This document shows positions 27,879 to 37,198 of a stretch of 64,000 nucleotides of DNA, piece by piece. The DNA comes from Planctomycetota bacterium (GTDB lineage: Bacteria; Planctomycetota; Phycisphaerae; FEN-1346): positions 11,460-75,459 of the forward strand of contig JAUVZF010000004.1 of the NCBI GenBank assembly GCA_030602705.1. Reading direction: 5' to 3'. The translations under genes and the position numbers were made by a program. A model generated the notes under the pieces. It ran no database searches and was not told the DNA's origin. It saw only the letters and a list, made by a program, of their open reading frames with translations. Position 1 is the first letter of the stretch. Each line of letters starts with the position of its first letter.

Positions 27879-30200
27879 ATGACGACACGCGAGAAGATTC
27901 TCGAGCACCTCGAGTCTCACCATTACCGGCCGATGAAACTGCGGCGGCTGTCCCGTTTCTTCGACGTGGCCGAGGAGGACTACGCCGAGTTCCGGGTCCT
28001 CGTCAAGCGGATGATCCGCGACGGCGAGATCGCCGCCCCCGCCGGCAGACTCCGCCTGCCGCGCGAAGAGCGGCCACGCCGCGGACGCGCGCGGACCATC
28101 GAGGGGCGGTTCAGCCTCTCGGCGCGCGGCTTCGGTTTTGTTGAACCCGACGCCGCTGGCGGGCCGACCGAGGGCGAGGACCTCTTCATCCCGCCCGACG
28201 AAACCCTTGATGCCGTCACCGGCGACACCGTCCTCGCCGAGGTCGCCGGCAAAGGCCGGCGCGGATACTTCGGCCGCATCGTCGAGGTCCGCGAGCGCGG
28301 CGGGACGCGCTTCGTCGGCACCTACTACGCGACCGAGACGGGCCCGGTCGTGCGGCCGGACGGAGGCGTCCTGCTCCAGGCCTTCGCCGTGCCCGACGCC
28401 TCCAGCGCGGGCGCCCACCCCAAGGACAAGGTCGTCTTCGAGGTCCTGCGGTACGCCCTTCGCGGCGAGGCGGGCGAGGCCGTCATCGTTGAGGTCCTGG
28501 GCAAGCGCGGCGACCCGGGCGTCGATACGCTGGCGGTCATCCGTCAGTTCGACCTGCCGGACGAGTTCCCGGACGCGGTTCTGGCCGACGCCCGCCGCGC
28601 GGCCGACCGCCTCAGCGATGCCGCCCTCCGTGGCCGGCGCGACCTGACGGGCGAGACCATCATCACCATCGATCCCGAGGACTCCCGCGACTTCGACGAC
28701 GCCATCGGCCTCACCGAACACGACGACGGCAGCGCGACGCTCGGCGTCCACATTGCCGACGTCGCCCACTTCGTGCGGCCGGGGTCGCCGCTGGATGAGG
28801 AGGCCCGCGAGCGCGGCACGAGCGTGTACCTGCCGACGACGGTCCTGCCGATGCTGCCCGAGATCCTCTCCAACGGCGTGTGCAGCCTCCAGGAAGGCCG
28901 CACGCGCCTGACGAAGAGCGTCTTCATCACCTTCTCTGAGGGCGGCGAACCCGTGGACGTGGACCTGGCCAACTCGTTTCTCAAGAGTTCCCGGCGCCTG
29001 ACGTACAAGCAGGCGACCGCCGCCCTCGGCAGCAGGACGCGGGGCCTCGGCGCCGGGGTGGTCCGGCTCCTTCGCGGCATGGAGCGGCTCGCGCGGCGGC
29101 TGCTCGAGCGCCGCAGGCGGCTCGGATACCTGGAACTCGACCTGCCGGACGTGGACCTGGAGTTCAACGACGAAGGCCGCGTCGTCGCCGCCCATCCGGA
29201 GGACACCAGTTTCAGCCACCGCATCATCGAGATGTTCATGGTCGAGGCCAACGAGGCCGTGGCCCGCCAACTCGACCGCGCGGGCGTTACCTGCATTCGC
29301 CGCATCCATCCCGACCCCGACGACGAGGCCGCCGAGGAACTCAAGGCCCACGCCAGGAGCATCGGCTACCGGCTCAAGAACCCGCGAAGCCGGCACGACC
29401 TCCAGCGGCTGCTCGCCGCCGTCCGCGGAAAACCCGAAGCCTACGGCGTCCACCTGGCGGTGCTGCGGAGCCTGGCGAAGGCCGAGTACAGCATCGAGAA
29501 GGAGGAGCACTTCGCCCTCGGCTCAAGCGCCTACTGCCATTTCACCTCGCCCATCCGGCGGTACCCCGACCTGACGGTCCACCGCCTCTTCGACGAGGTC
29601 GCGCGCGGCGGCGCGAAGAAACGGCGAGGCGGTCGCCGTAAGAAGGCGCCGGCGCGGGCCCGCACGGCCGACGGACGCTCGCTCGCCGAGGTGGCGGCCC
29701 ACTGCTCTCGGACCGAGCGGCGGGCGGAGGCGGCCGAACGGGAACTGACGAAGATCAAACTCCTTGAATTCCTTCAGGGCCGCATCGGCGAAACCTTCAC
29801 GGGCATCGTGACGGGCGTGCAGGCGTTCGGCGCGTTCGTCGAGAACCCGGAACTGCTCATCGACGGCCTCGTGCACATCTCCAGCCTCTCGGATGACCGG
29901 TACCGGTTCGACCGCCGCCGCTTGGCGCTCGTCGGCGGCAGTACGGGGCGCGAACTTCGCGTGGGATCGACGTTGGAGGTCCGCATCGCGGGGGTGGACA
30001 TCGCGCGGCGGCAGTTGGATCTTGAACCGGTTGAGGCCGAACGTCGTCGCCGCCCATCCGCCAAAGCCGACGCGAAGAAAACCGAACGCATACCCCGCCA
30101 GGCCGCCAAGAAATCCACCCGCGCCGCCAAGAAACCCACCCGCCCCGCCAAGCGCGCCGGCCGCGGACGGGCGGGGAATCGGAAAAAGAAACGCCGCTGA
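27879..30200 (+). CDS. rnr: ribonuclease R
   Basis: RNB catalytic domain strings (TIDPEDSRDFDDAI, ADVAHFV, SVYLPTTVLPMLPE, HFALGSSAYCHFTSPIRRYPDLTVHR), an S1 domain (FTGIVTGVQAFGAFVE) and a Lys/Arg-rich tail. Start at MTTREKILEHL. Confidence 0.9.
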   Translation: MTTREKILEHLESHHYRPMKLRRLSRFFDVAEEDYAEFRVLVKRMIRDGEIAAPAGRLRLPREERPRRGRARTIEGRFSLSARGFGFVEPDAAGGPTEGEDLFIPPDETLDAVTGDTVLAEVAGKGRRGYFGRIVEVRERGGTRFVGTYYATETGPVVRPDGGVLLQAFAVPDASSAGAHPKDKVVFEVLRYALRGEAGEAVIVEVLGKRGDPGVDTLAVIRQFDLPDEFPDAVLADARRAADRLSDAALRGRRDLTGETIITIDPEDSRDFDDAIGLTEHDDGSATLGVHIADVAHFVRPGSPLDEEARERGTSVYLPTTVLPMLPEILSNGVCSLQEGRTRLTKSVFITFSEGGEPVDVDLANSFLKSSRRLTYKQATAALGSRTRGLGAGVVRLLRGMERLARRLLERRRRLGYLELDLPDVDLEFNDEGRVVAAHPEDTSFSHRIIEMFMVEANEAVARQLDRAGVTCIRRIHPDPDDEAAEELKAHARSIGYRLKNPRSRHDLQRLLAAVRGKPEAYGVHLAVLRSLAKAEYSIEKEEHFALGSSAYCHFTSPIRRYPDLTVHRLFDEVARGGAKKRRGGRRKKAPARARTADGRSLAEVAAHCSRTERRAEAAERELTKIKLLEFLQGRIGETFTGIVTGVQAFGAFVENPELLIDGLVHISSLSDDRYRFDRRRLALVGGSTGRELRVGSTLEVRIAGVDIARRQLDLEPVEAERRRRPSAKADAKKTERIPRQAAKKSTRAAKKPTRPAKRAGRGRAGNRKKKRR

Positions 30201-30219
30201 GACACAGGCCGGGGCGCGC

Positions 30220-30471
30220 CTACTCCTGCGGCTCGAACGGTTCTTCCTCGAGGTCTCTGCCGGCCGTTTCGGTGAGTTTGGTGATCTTCTTTTCGGCCTC
30301 GCCGAGCGTCTTGCGACAGGCTTTGATGAGTTCGGCGCCCTCGGCGTAAAGCCGGAGCGACGCATCGAGTCCCACGTCGCCGGATTCGAGTTCCTCGACT
30401 ATTCTTTCGAGCCGCGCCAGACGCTGCTCGAACGTGGGCTGCTTCGGGGTGGCTGGTTTTTTCTTGGGCAT
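30220..30471 (-). CDS. xseB: exodeoxyribonuclease VII small subunit
   Basis: FEQRLARLERIVEELESGDVGLDASLRLYAEGAELIKACRKTL is the canonical XseB helix-hairpin. Start at MPKKKP. Confidence 0.85.
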   Translation of the reverse strand: MPKKKPATPKQPTFEQRLARLERIVEELESGDVGLDASLRLYAEGAELIKACRKTLGEAEKKITKLTETAGRDLEEEPFEPQE

Positions 30472-30490
30472 GTTGGTTCCTCCACGGCAC

Positions 30491-30576
30491 GCGCCGGACA
30501 AGTCCGGCGGCTAACAGGTCGCGCCGCGCAAAACTCGGCGGCTAACGGGTCGCGCCGCGCAAGCGCGGCGGCTAAC
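30491..30576 (-). repeat. three tandem GTTAGCC-hairpin elements (approx 30-nt period) between xseA and xseB; the last one carries the xseA stop codon
   Basis: The + strand reads gcgccggacaagtccggcggctaac / aggtcgcgccgcgcaaaactcggcggctaac / gggtcgcgccgcgcaagcgcggcggctaac. CGGCGGCTAAC occurs at 30505-15, 30536-46 and 30566-76. The cta at 30572-74 is the xseA TAG. Confidence 0.85.
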
Positions 30577-32062
30577 GGTCGTCGAACAGCGTCGGGTTGT
30601 CGTCGGTGCGGCGTTTGCGCCGGCGACCCGATGTGCCACGGCCGGTCTTGCCCGGCCGTGCTTGGTTTTGCTCGGCCCGTACTGGCCGCGCATTGCTTGT
30701 TGCGGTGACCTGGCTTTGGACCTTGCCTTCGGAGAGGAGCGTGCGCAGGAGGTCGCCACCGCGGGCGTCGGCGGCGCGGGTGAGCGAGGCGCCCGTCCGC
30801 TCGAGCACCGTGCGGCTGTAACCGCGCGCCAGGACCCGGTCGGGGTCGAGGTCGGTCAGGCGTTCGGCGAGCGCGCCGACCCGTGCGCCCCAGCGATGCA
30901 CGAGGAGCGTCCGCTGGGCCGCCCGAAGGCGAAACGCGAGCATCCGGACGGCCCCCGACGCCCGCTGCCTGGCGACGCGCGGGGCGTGTTCGGCCAGGCG
31001 GCTCGCTGCGCCTTCCAGTTGCACGCGGCGGTCGGCGGCAAGGCCACGGACGCTTGCGACCAGCCGCCCCGCCAGGTCGTCGAGCGTCTGGACGCGGCCG
31101 AGGACGAGTTCCTGCGGGTAGCGGAAATAGCGGCTCTTTTCGATGAGCGCGAGGCCGTGCCGCATGACCTCCAGCCGGTGTCTGAGGCCGCGCGTCAGGC
31201 GCCCGCGTGTCGCGTCGAGGGCGGCCATGACCTCCCGGCGATCCTTGACGGTGATCTCGGCGGCGGCCGAGGGCGTGGGCGCGCGAACGTCGGCCACGAA
31301 GTCGCTGATCGAAAAATCCGTCTCGTGGCCGACAGCGCTGACGACCGGGACCTCGGACGCGAAGATGGCCCGTGCCACGGCCTCTTCGTTAAACGGCCAC
31401 AGGTCTTCCAGGCTCCCGCCGCCTCGCCCGATGATCAGGACGTCGAGCCGGGGGAGACGGTTGAGGTTGCGGATGCCGCGGACGATCTCGGCGGCAGCGC
31501 CCTTGCCCTGCACGCGGCTGGGCGCGAGGACGATCTCAATGGCCGGCCAGCGGCGCGTCAGCACGTGGATGATGTCGCGGACGGCTGCGCCGGTGGGGCT
31601 CGTGACCACGCCGACGCGCCGCGGGAAGGCGGGAAGCGGCTTCTTGTGGGCCGTGTCGAAGAGGCCCTCCTTCTGGAGTTTCTCTTTCAGGCGGCGGAAG
31701 GCGACCTCCAGGGCACCCACGCCGCGGGCCACCACGCGCGAGACGTAGAGTTGGTAGTTGCCCTGCGACTCGAAGACGCTGATGTGGCCGCGCACCTCGA
31801 CCTCCAGGCCGTCGGCCATCTCGGGCGGCAGGCGGCCGGCGACCGACTTCCAGACGACGCAGCGGATGCCGGCCCGCTCGTCTTTCAGCGTGAAGAACAC
31901 GTGGCCGGACGTGTGGCGATTGAGGTTCGAGACCTCGCCCACGACCCAGACCTTGGGGAACTCGTCTTCGAGAACGCCGCGGATGCGAGCGGTGAGTTGC
32001 CAGACGGTCTCCGGCCCCTCCTCCGGCACGGAGATGCGGTTCGGATCGAACAGGACGCTCAT
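30572..32062 (-). CDS. xseA: exodeoxyribonuclease VII large subunit, with a repeat-derived C-terminal extension
   Basis: OB-fold N-terminus (VWVVGEVSNLNRHTSGHVFFTLKDE), catalytic core (LDVLIIGRGGGSLEDLWPFNEE, PVVSAVGHETDFSISD) and the normal C-terminal end ..ARGYSRTVL..GKVQSQV. A further approx 41 aa are encoded by REP-like DNA. Start at MSVLFDP (32062). Confidence 0.85.
   Translation of the reverse strand: MSVLFDPNRISVPEEGPETVWQLTARIRGVLEDEFPKVWVVGEVSNLNRHTSGHVFFTLKDERAGIRCVVWKSVAGRLPPEMADGLEVEVRGHISVFESQGNYQLYVSRVVARGVGALEVAFRRLKEKLQKEGLFDTAHKKPLPAFPRRVGVVTSPTGAAVRDIIHVLTRRWPAIEIVLAPSRVQGKGAAAEIVRGIRNLNRLPRLDVLIIGRGGGSLEDLWPFNEEAVARAIFASEVPVVSAVGHETDFSISDFVADVRAPTPSAAAEITVKDRREVMAALDATRGRLTRGLRHRLEVMRHGLALIEKSRYFRYPQELVLGRVQTLDDLAGRLVASVRGLAADRRVQLEGAASRLAEHAPRVARQRASGAVRMLAFRLRAAQRTLLVHRWGARVGALAERLTDLDPDRVLARGYSRTVLERTGASLTRAADARGGDLLRTLLSEGKVQSQVTATSNARPVRAEQNQARPGKTGRGTSGRRRKRRTDDNPTLFDDR
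30636..30660. repeat. 9-bp-stem hairpin CACGGCCGG-tcttgc-CCGGCCGTG (family 2), inside the xseA 3' extension
   Basis: Perfect inverted repeat read directly. The same element occurs at 43066-43090 and (inverted) 52107-52134. Confidence 0.8.
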
Positions 32063-32156
32063 ACGGGATGTGATACCGGATAGGGCGGGCCGAATCAATC
32101 GTCAACGGGAAGTGAGCGATTCACTGAGGCTGAAGCGCGGTTGGCAGCGCGGCGGC

Positions 32157-33530
32157 CTACGCGCGGCGGCGAAGAAGCACCAGCACGCCGAACGCCACGA
32201 GCGACAGTGTGGTCGGCTCGGGCACCGTCAGCCCTTTGATGCAGAAGTTGGCGGTCTCGTTGTAGTCATGGAGGTCGAGCCAGGCGCCGCCGTCGAGGTA
32301 GTAACTCTGGCCGGGGCTGGAGGCGGAGACCACCGTCATGGCCGTCGCCGACTCGCCGAGCAGCGTTTCGGCGTCGGAAGTGCGGTCGTAGGCCTGTCCA
32401 CCGGCGGAGAGTTCCAGGAAAATGTAGAACTCGTCGCCCTCGGTCAGCGGCACAAGCGTGTCGAGGTCCACGGTGTGCAAGCCCGTATGGGCGATGGCGC
32501 CGGACGTGAAGGTCAGTTCGTCGAGCAACTCGCCGCCCTGGAAGCGGTCGAAGATGCGGACGGTGTAATCGACGTCATCGTCGGCGGTGTAGAAACTGAC
32601 GGCCGCAAGCGGCTCGTCGGCCGCAGCCGTGAAGGCGTTGAAGGCCGATTCGGCGTTGGCCAGGGTGTCGCGCCGGCCGTGATAGTCGTGGGAGTAGATC
32701 GTGTTGTACGGATTCAGCACGACGTCCTGGAAGGAGACGGCGCCCATGTCGGGGTGCTGGCAGGTGTGCTTGTCGTAGTAGGAGATCCAGAAGTATCCGC
32801 CGTCTTCCCAGCCGTTCCCCCAACTGTTCTTGCACAGCCACGCGCCGTTCTGGGTGGCCTGCGTCGCCTTGCTGTCGTTCCACCCCACAATGGAGATCGA
32901 GTGGTTGGGCAGGTTGGCGTCGGCCGGAGGCTGGTAGTGCGTGCCGCCCGAATAGAGCCCGTCATCCCAGTACATGCAGGCGCCCAAAGCGCCGTCGGTC
33001 ATGACGGCGTTCTTGATGGTGTTGATGTTCGCGAGGTCGGCGCCGGCGGTGTACCACTCGATGTCGCGGACGTAGTATGTGTGGTAGGTCTCGCTGCCGC
33101 GGTCGGGTGTGTGATCGTACCAGTAGCCCTCGGCCTCTTGTTCTCTGACGGCGCCCTCGCCGCGGGCAAGGTAGGCCGCCGCAATCAGGTAATCGCCGCC
33201 CTGATGGACCGTCAGCCCGCCGCCGGCCGGAGGCACCCGGTCGTCGTTGTTGTGTTGGTTGAAGCCGTTCCACCAGTCCAGATGGTATTCGGCGAGGTTG
33301 GGCTCGCCGCTCTCTCCGGCGGCCGCCCAGTTGCCGGTCACGAAAAGGTTGCTCTCGATGGCGGCCATCGTGCCGTGACACCAGCAGGTGCCGCCTTTCT
33401 GGCTCTTCACGGAGGTGACGTACGACGTGCCGCCCACGTCGCGCAAGTCGAACGAGGACGGCTGCGCGCCCGCCTGCGAAGCGACGAGCATCCCGACAGC
33501 GATTGAGCAGATGATGAGTCGGTGCAACAT
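32157..33530 (-). CDS. papain-family (C1) cysteine peptidase with C-terminal PEP-CTERM anchor
   Basis: Signal peptide. Catalytic Cys region [19 protein letters not shown], His region [11 protein letters not shown] and Asn/Trp region [21 protein letters not shown]. The C-terminus [22 protein letters not shown] is a PEP-CTERM. Confidence 0.8.
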   Translation of the reverse strand: MLHRLIICSIAVGMLVASQAGAQPSSFDLRDVGGTSYVTSVKSQKGGTCWCHGTMAAIESNLFVTGNWAAAGESGEPNLAEYHLDWWNGFNQHNNDDRVPPAGGGLTVHQGGDYLIAAAYLARGEGAVREQEAEGYWYDHTPDRGSETYHTYYVRDIEWYTAGADLANINTIKNAVMTDGALGACMYWDDGLYSGGTHYQPPADANLPNHSISIVGWNDSKATQATQNGAWLCKNSWGNGWEDGGYFWISYYDKHTCQHPDMGAVSFQDVVLNPYNTIYSHDYHGRRDTLANAESAFNAFTAAADEPLAAVSFYTADDDVDYTVRIFDRFQGGELLDELTFTSGAIAHTGLHTVDLDTLVPLTEGDEFYIFLELSAGGQAYDRTSDAETLLGESATAMTVVSASSPGQSYYLDGGAWLDLHDYNETANFCIKGLTVPEPTTLSLVAFGVLVLLRRRA

Positions 33531-33680
33531 GGTTCCTGGACCTTTCTGGGGGAAGTTGCCACTCTATCGGACGTTTTCGGACGGCCGCGTGAGTCTGATA
33601 CGCCCAACTCTTCGGACACGTCGCTGCGGCCCATCGGCGGATGGCGCACCTCCACCCGCGGCCGCCCCTTCTCACGCCAC

Positions 33681-33720
33681 AAAAAAACGGGGCCCGCCCG
33701 CCTATCGGCAGACCGACCCC
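33681..33720 (-). terminator. intrinsic terminator downstream of the GH5 gene
   Basis: The minus-sense RNA reads GGGGUCGGUCUGCC-GAUA-GGCGGGCGGGCCCC followed by UUUUUUU (a7 run at 33681-33687 on the + strand). The 14-bp stem has one mismatch and G-U pairs. Confidence 0.55.
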
Positions 33721-33858
33721 GGGTGCACGTCCCTCTATTTTATCCACTCAAAGTATACATCAAAGACGGCCGCAAGTCAAGGCGCGCGGCGGTTGAATCC
33801 TGCCCGCGCGAGCGCTCAGGACCGAGCCACGTTGGCCGGCGTACTCCTCTGCCGCGCT

Positions 33859-34962
33859 CTATCGCACGGCTGGACCGCCGCCGCCTTGGAACCGCCTGAG
33901 CAGATCCAGCATCTTGCGGTCGAGCGCGTGGCCGTGGAAGTCTTCGTATTGGACGTCTGCCCGCTTCGAGTCGAGCGGGCCGAAGGAGCCGCGGAAGTTC
34001 CAGACGGCCCAGCCCCAGCCGGCCTCGCGCCACAGCGTCAGCACGTCGCGCATCCATCGAAGGACCACGTCGTGCGGTGTCCGGTTGTAGGCGCCCCATT
34101 CGCCCACGTGGACGCCCACGCCCACCGCCTCGAGGCGTTTCCACGGCTCGATGTACTTCTTGCGGAGCCACGCCGTGTCCTGAACCTCGCTGCCCCGTTT
34201 GAGCGGCCACGTGGGTTCGGCCCAGTTGCCGCCCGCCCACGACGCCTTGTAATGCGTCAGTTGAAACGGCTGGTACCCGCGTGTGCTCTGGGCGATGCTG
34301 AGGTCGGCCAGTTCCATCACGGGCACGTTGCCCCACTGGTTGCCGTCGGAGATGATGAGGCGGTCGGGGTCCTGGTTGCGGATGGCGGCGACGACGCGGC
34401 GGGCCACCTTGGCGTACACCTCGTTCGGAACCTTCGCCGGCTCGTTCACGAGGTCGAAACTCAGGCGCTCGGACGGGATGCCCTTGTAGCGCTTGGCGAA
34501 CATGGCCCACTGGGCGTCGAACTGTTTCCGGGCCTCCTCGTCCTGCCACAGGTTCAGTTTCTCGGGCGGCCGCGCCACCGTGTAGCCGGGGGCGCGGTGC
34601 AGGTTCAGGCTGACGTGGATGCCGAACTTCTTGCCGAACTCGACCGCCCCGTCGATCTCCTTCAGGACCTTCTCCTGGAACGTGTAGGGGTCGTTCTTAT
34701 CGGTCCAGCAGCGGTAGTCCATGGGCAGGCGGACGAAGTCGAAGCCCCACCCGTGCATCCACGCGAAGTCGGATTCCGCAAACGGCCGGTTGCGCCCGGC
34801 GTTGAACTTTTCCTGGAGGTTGAATCCGCGCCATCGCGGCAGTTTCCCGGCGAGTTGGCGGCCGCTCTTCGGCCCAGCGCCAAGCGCCGGCCGATCGTGC
34901 TCGCCGGCCAGTGCCGCGCCGGCGGCGCCGGCGGCGGTCTTCAGAAAGTTGCGCCGTTTCAT
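33859..34962 (-). CDS. glycoside hydrolase family 5 (endoglucanase/mannanase-like), Tat-exported
   Basis: Tat-type MKRRNFLKTAAGAAGAALA. GH5 strings are FDFVRLPMDY, HVSLNLHRAPGY, SFDLVNEP (acid/base Glu) and VHVGEWGA (nucleophile Glu). Confidence 0.8.
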   Translation of the reverse strand: MKRRNFLKTAAGAAGAALAGEHDRPALGAGPKSGRQLAGKLPRWRGFNLQEKFNAGRNRPFAESDFAWMHGWGFDFVRLPMDYRCWTDKNDPYTFQEKVLKEIDGAVEFGKKFGIHVSLNLHRAPGYTVARPPEKLNLWQDEEARKQFDAQWAMFAKRYKGIPSERLSFDLVNEPAKVPNEVYAKVARRVVAAIRNQDPDRLIISDGNQWGNVPVMELADLSIAQSTRGYQPFQLTHYKASWAGGNWAEPTWPLKRGSEVQDTAWLRKKYIEPWKRLEAVGVGVHVGEWGAYNRTPHDVVLRWMRDVLTLWREAGWGWAVWNFRGSFGPLDSKRADVQYEDFHGHALDRKMLDLLRRFQGGGGPAVR

Positions 34963-35070
34963 GCAGAGGTCTCCCTCGTCGAGTCCCCGTCCTTCCGCGC
35001 ACGCCGTGGGCGCCATTCTGTAGGAGTCCCCATCGCGGGCAGCGCCCACCCTTTCACACGACACACAGCA

Positions 35071-36114
35071 CTACGGTTCCTTCCGCAGAGAGGCGGCGTT
35101 GAGGTCGGATGCGGCGCCGTCGCCGTGCAGCAGGGCGGTGAAGCCGGCCTCGTAAAACATCTTGCGGCATCCCGCGACGTCCAGCCCGCGGTGGCCTTCG
35201 GTGTCTTTCTCAACATCTCTGGGATTGGCGCCGGCTTCCGCGTACACGGCGTTCGCGCCGGCGGTCAGGCCGAGCAGGTTGGGTTCGTGGACGGCAATGT
35301 TTCGAGTCTCAGGGCATCCCAGGGACGCCAGGGCGACAACGGCCACGACTTGTGCGAGCCGACGCTCCGTGATCTGACCGTGGCCGGCCAGGGGCGACTG
35401 AGGCAGGTACACGCGACGCATGGCCGCATGTTGGAAACACCCGTATTCGATGCCCAGAAATATCTGGTCCACCAGTTCCCTGGCCGAGTGTTCCGGCCCG
35501 ATCGGTTCGCAGCAGTAGTACCAGTCGAGGCCGGCTTCGCGGATGGCCCGGATGGTGGCTTTCCGCAGTTCGGGGTCGAGCGACGTGTCCGTGCCTTCGC
35601 GCAGACGAACGACATGGTACGCCCCGTCCACTCCGACGCCCTTGAGCCGGCGCGCCTGGGCGAGGTCGAAATCACCCAGGTTGACCACGATCTGCGTGGC
35701 GGGCGGAATCGCCTTGCGCACCGCATCGACCACGCCCAGCAGCCGCTCGAAGCCGAACGTATGCATCGTCATCAGGAACAGCGCGTACAGGTCCCCGCCA
35801 GCCGTAAACACGGCGGCCCTTTCAAGGGTCTCGTGCAACGACAACTCGCTCTGCGTGAAGGTCGTATGCCCTTCGCCAAACACGCAGAACTTGCACGCCC
35901 CCGGGCACGGGGCGGTCTCGATGCCGATCTGGGCCAGAATGACCGCCTGGTTCCGAAAACGCCGCCGGCTTGCGGCGTCGCCGACCGCCGAGATCATCGA
36001 GGCTTCCAGCGAGTCGGCGGGTAACTCCAGCAGATAGGTGCACTCGTCCTTGTTCGGTCCGCGCCCTTCAAGAGCGGCATCCAGAATCCGGGTCAGACGG
36101 GGCGACGTTTGCAT
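35071..36114 (-). CDS. radical SAM enzyme (BioB/HydE-like size and layout), substrate unknown
   Basis: The CxxxCxxC cluster CPGACKFC sits approx 60 aa from the start MQTSPRLTRIL. It looks like a TIM-barrel-sized protein of 347 aa. The 36306 extension was rejected. Confidence 0.65.
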   Translation of the reverse strand: MQTSPRLTRILDAALEGRGPNKDECTYLLELPADSLEASMISAVGDAASRRRFRNQAVILAQIGIETAPCPGACKFCVFGEGHTTFTQSELSLHETLERAAVFTAGGDLYALFLMTMHTFGFERLLGVVDAVRKAIPPATQIVVNLGDFDLAQARRLKGVGVDGAYHVVRLREGTDTSLDPELRKATIRAIREAGLDWYYCCEPIGPEHSARELVDQIFLGIEYGCFQHAAMRRVYLPQSPLAGHGQITERRLAQVVAVVALASLGCPETRNIAVHEPNLLGLTAGANAVYAEAGANPRDVEKDTEGHRGLDVAGCRKMFYEAGFTALLHGDGAASDLNAASLRKEP

Positions 36115-36143
36115 GGCAAGCCTCCGTCCGTTGGCATAGATAC

Positions 36144-36168
36144 GCGCCGGACAAGTCCGGCGGCTAAC
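36144..36168 (-). repeat. GTTAGCC-hairpin element, 25/25 identical to the first unit at 30491-30515
   Basis: gcgccggacaagtccggcggctaac, in the ymdB / radical-SAM intergenic region. Confidence 0.85.
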
Positions 36169-36217
36169 GGGTTGAACCCGAAGCACGGCAGAGATTCCCG
36201 TGGCAATTCGCCGAGAT

Positions 36218-37078
36218 TCAGGCGCCGGGCTCGGCGGCTTCCGCTCCGCCGGCCTCGGCGCCCTTCTCCTCGGCCGGGGCGGGGGACGAGATCTTGACCG
36301 GCACACAGATGCGTTCGATCGCCGTCGCCCGGCCGGTCTGCGTGTCGGCCGTGACCAGCGCGCCCGAGACGCGCAGGTCGCCGCGGGCCACGTCGAAGTG
36401 CGTCGGCATCCCCGTGATGAGCGACGAGAGGACCTTCTCCTTCTTGCGGCCGAGGACGCCGTCGTGCGGGCCGGTCATCCCCAGGTCGGTGATGTAGGCC
36501 GTGCCGCCGGGCAGGATACGCTCGTCGGCCGTCTGCACGTGCGTGTGCGTGCCGAAGACGGCGGTGACCCGGCCGTCCAGGTGCCAGCCCATGGCGATGC
36601 GGTCGCTGGTGGCCTCGGCGTGGATCTCGACGAAGACGAGTTTGGTATTCTCGTCGATCTCAGCCAGAACCTTATCCACGGCGCGGAACGGACAGGCGGC
36701 CGGCTTCATGTACGTGCGGCCGAGAAGGACGATCACGGCGAACGGGAAACCCGACTGGCTCTCCAGGGCGGTCCATCCGCGGCCGACGGCCTCGTCCGGC
36801 AAATTGGCCGGCCGCAGGATGCGCTCCGACTCGGCGAGCAGCGGCAGGACCTCTTTCTTGCGGTAGACGTGATCGCCGAGGGTTACGACGTCCACGCCCA
36901 GGCCGCGCAACTCCTCGAAGATGGGCGGCGTGATGCCCGACCCGCCGGCGGCGTTCTCGGCGTTCACGACGACCACGTCCACGGAGTGGGTTTCCAGGAG
37001 GTCGGCGAGCGCGGCGCCGAGGGTGCGGCGTCCGGGCTTGCCGACCACGTCGCCGATGAGCAGAGCGCGAAATTGCAT
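36218..37078 (-). CDS. ymdB: YmdB-type metallophosphoesterase (TIGR00282 family, 2',3'-cyclic-nucleotide phosphodiesterase)
   Basis: MQFRALLIGDVVGKPGRR, VVVVNAENAAGGSGIT, VVTLGDHVY, VEIHAEATSD and GTHTHVQTADERILPGGTAYITDLGMTG are the YmdB metal-binding motifs. It is directly downstream of rny, as in Bacillus. Confidence 0.85.
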   Translation of the reverse strand: MQFRALLIGDVVGKPGRRTLGAALADLLETHSVDVVVVNAENAAGGSGITPPIFEELRGLGVDVVTLGDHVYRKKEVLPLLAESERILRPANLPDEAVGRGWTALESQSGFPFAVIVLLGRTYMKPAACPFRAVDKVLAEIDENTKLVFVEIHAEATSDRIAMGWHLDGRVTAVFGTHTHVQTADERILPGGTAYITDLGMTGPHDGVLGRKKEKVLSSLITGMPTHFDVARGDLRVSGALVTADTQTGRATAIERICVPVKISSPAPAEEKGAEAGGAEAAEPGA

Positions 37079-37129
37079 GGGTTGAGTTGCCTCGCGTTCT
37101 TCGCGCGATAACGCGCCGTTCGACCGCTC

Positions 37130-37195
37130 GCTCGCGCTCGCGGCTCGGATCAAAGCTCGCGCTCGCGGCTCGGATCAAAGCGCGCGCTCGCGGCT
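37130..37195. repeat. 25-bp tandem repeat x2.6 (GCTCGCGCTCGCGGCTCGGATCAAA) in the rny-ymdB spacer
   Basis: Units at 37130-37154 and 37155-37179 are identical, with a partial unit at 37180-37195. The CGCGGCTCGG core recurs at 20360-20372 and, inverted, at 43530-43556 and 43613-43639. Confidence 0.85.
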
Positions 37196-37198
37196 TTT

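Noticed and set aside
27660-29510. 616-aa minus-strand ORF
   Set aside because: It is antisense to RNase R, which has complete RNB/S1 motifs.
33735-33745. ttatccact: possible DnaA box or origin near the GH5 gene
   Set aside because: It is a single imperfect box (TTATCCACT versus TTATCCACA) with no cluster, no AT-rich unwinding element and no dnaA/dnaN nearby.
33388-36024. 878-aa plus-strand ORF
   Set aside because: It runs antisense across three separate minus-strand genes (C1 peptidase 5' end, GH5, radical SAM) and their intergenic regions, so it cannot be a real gene.
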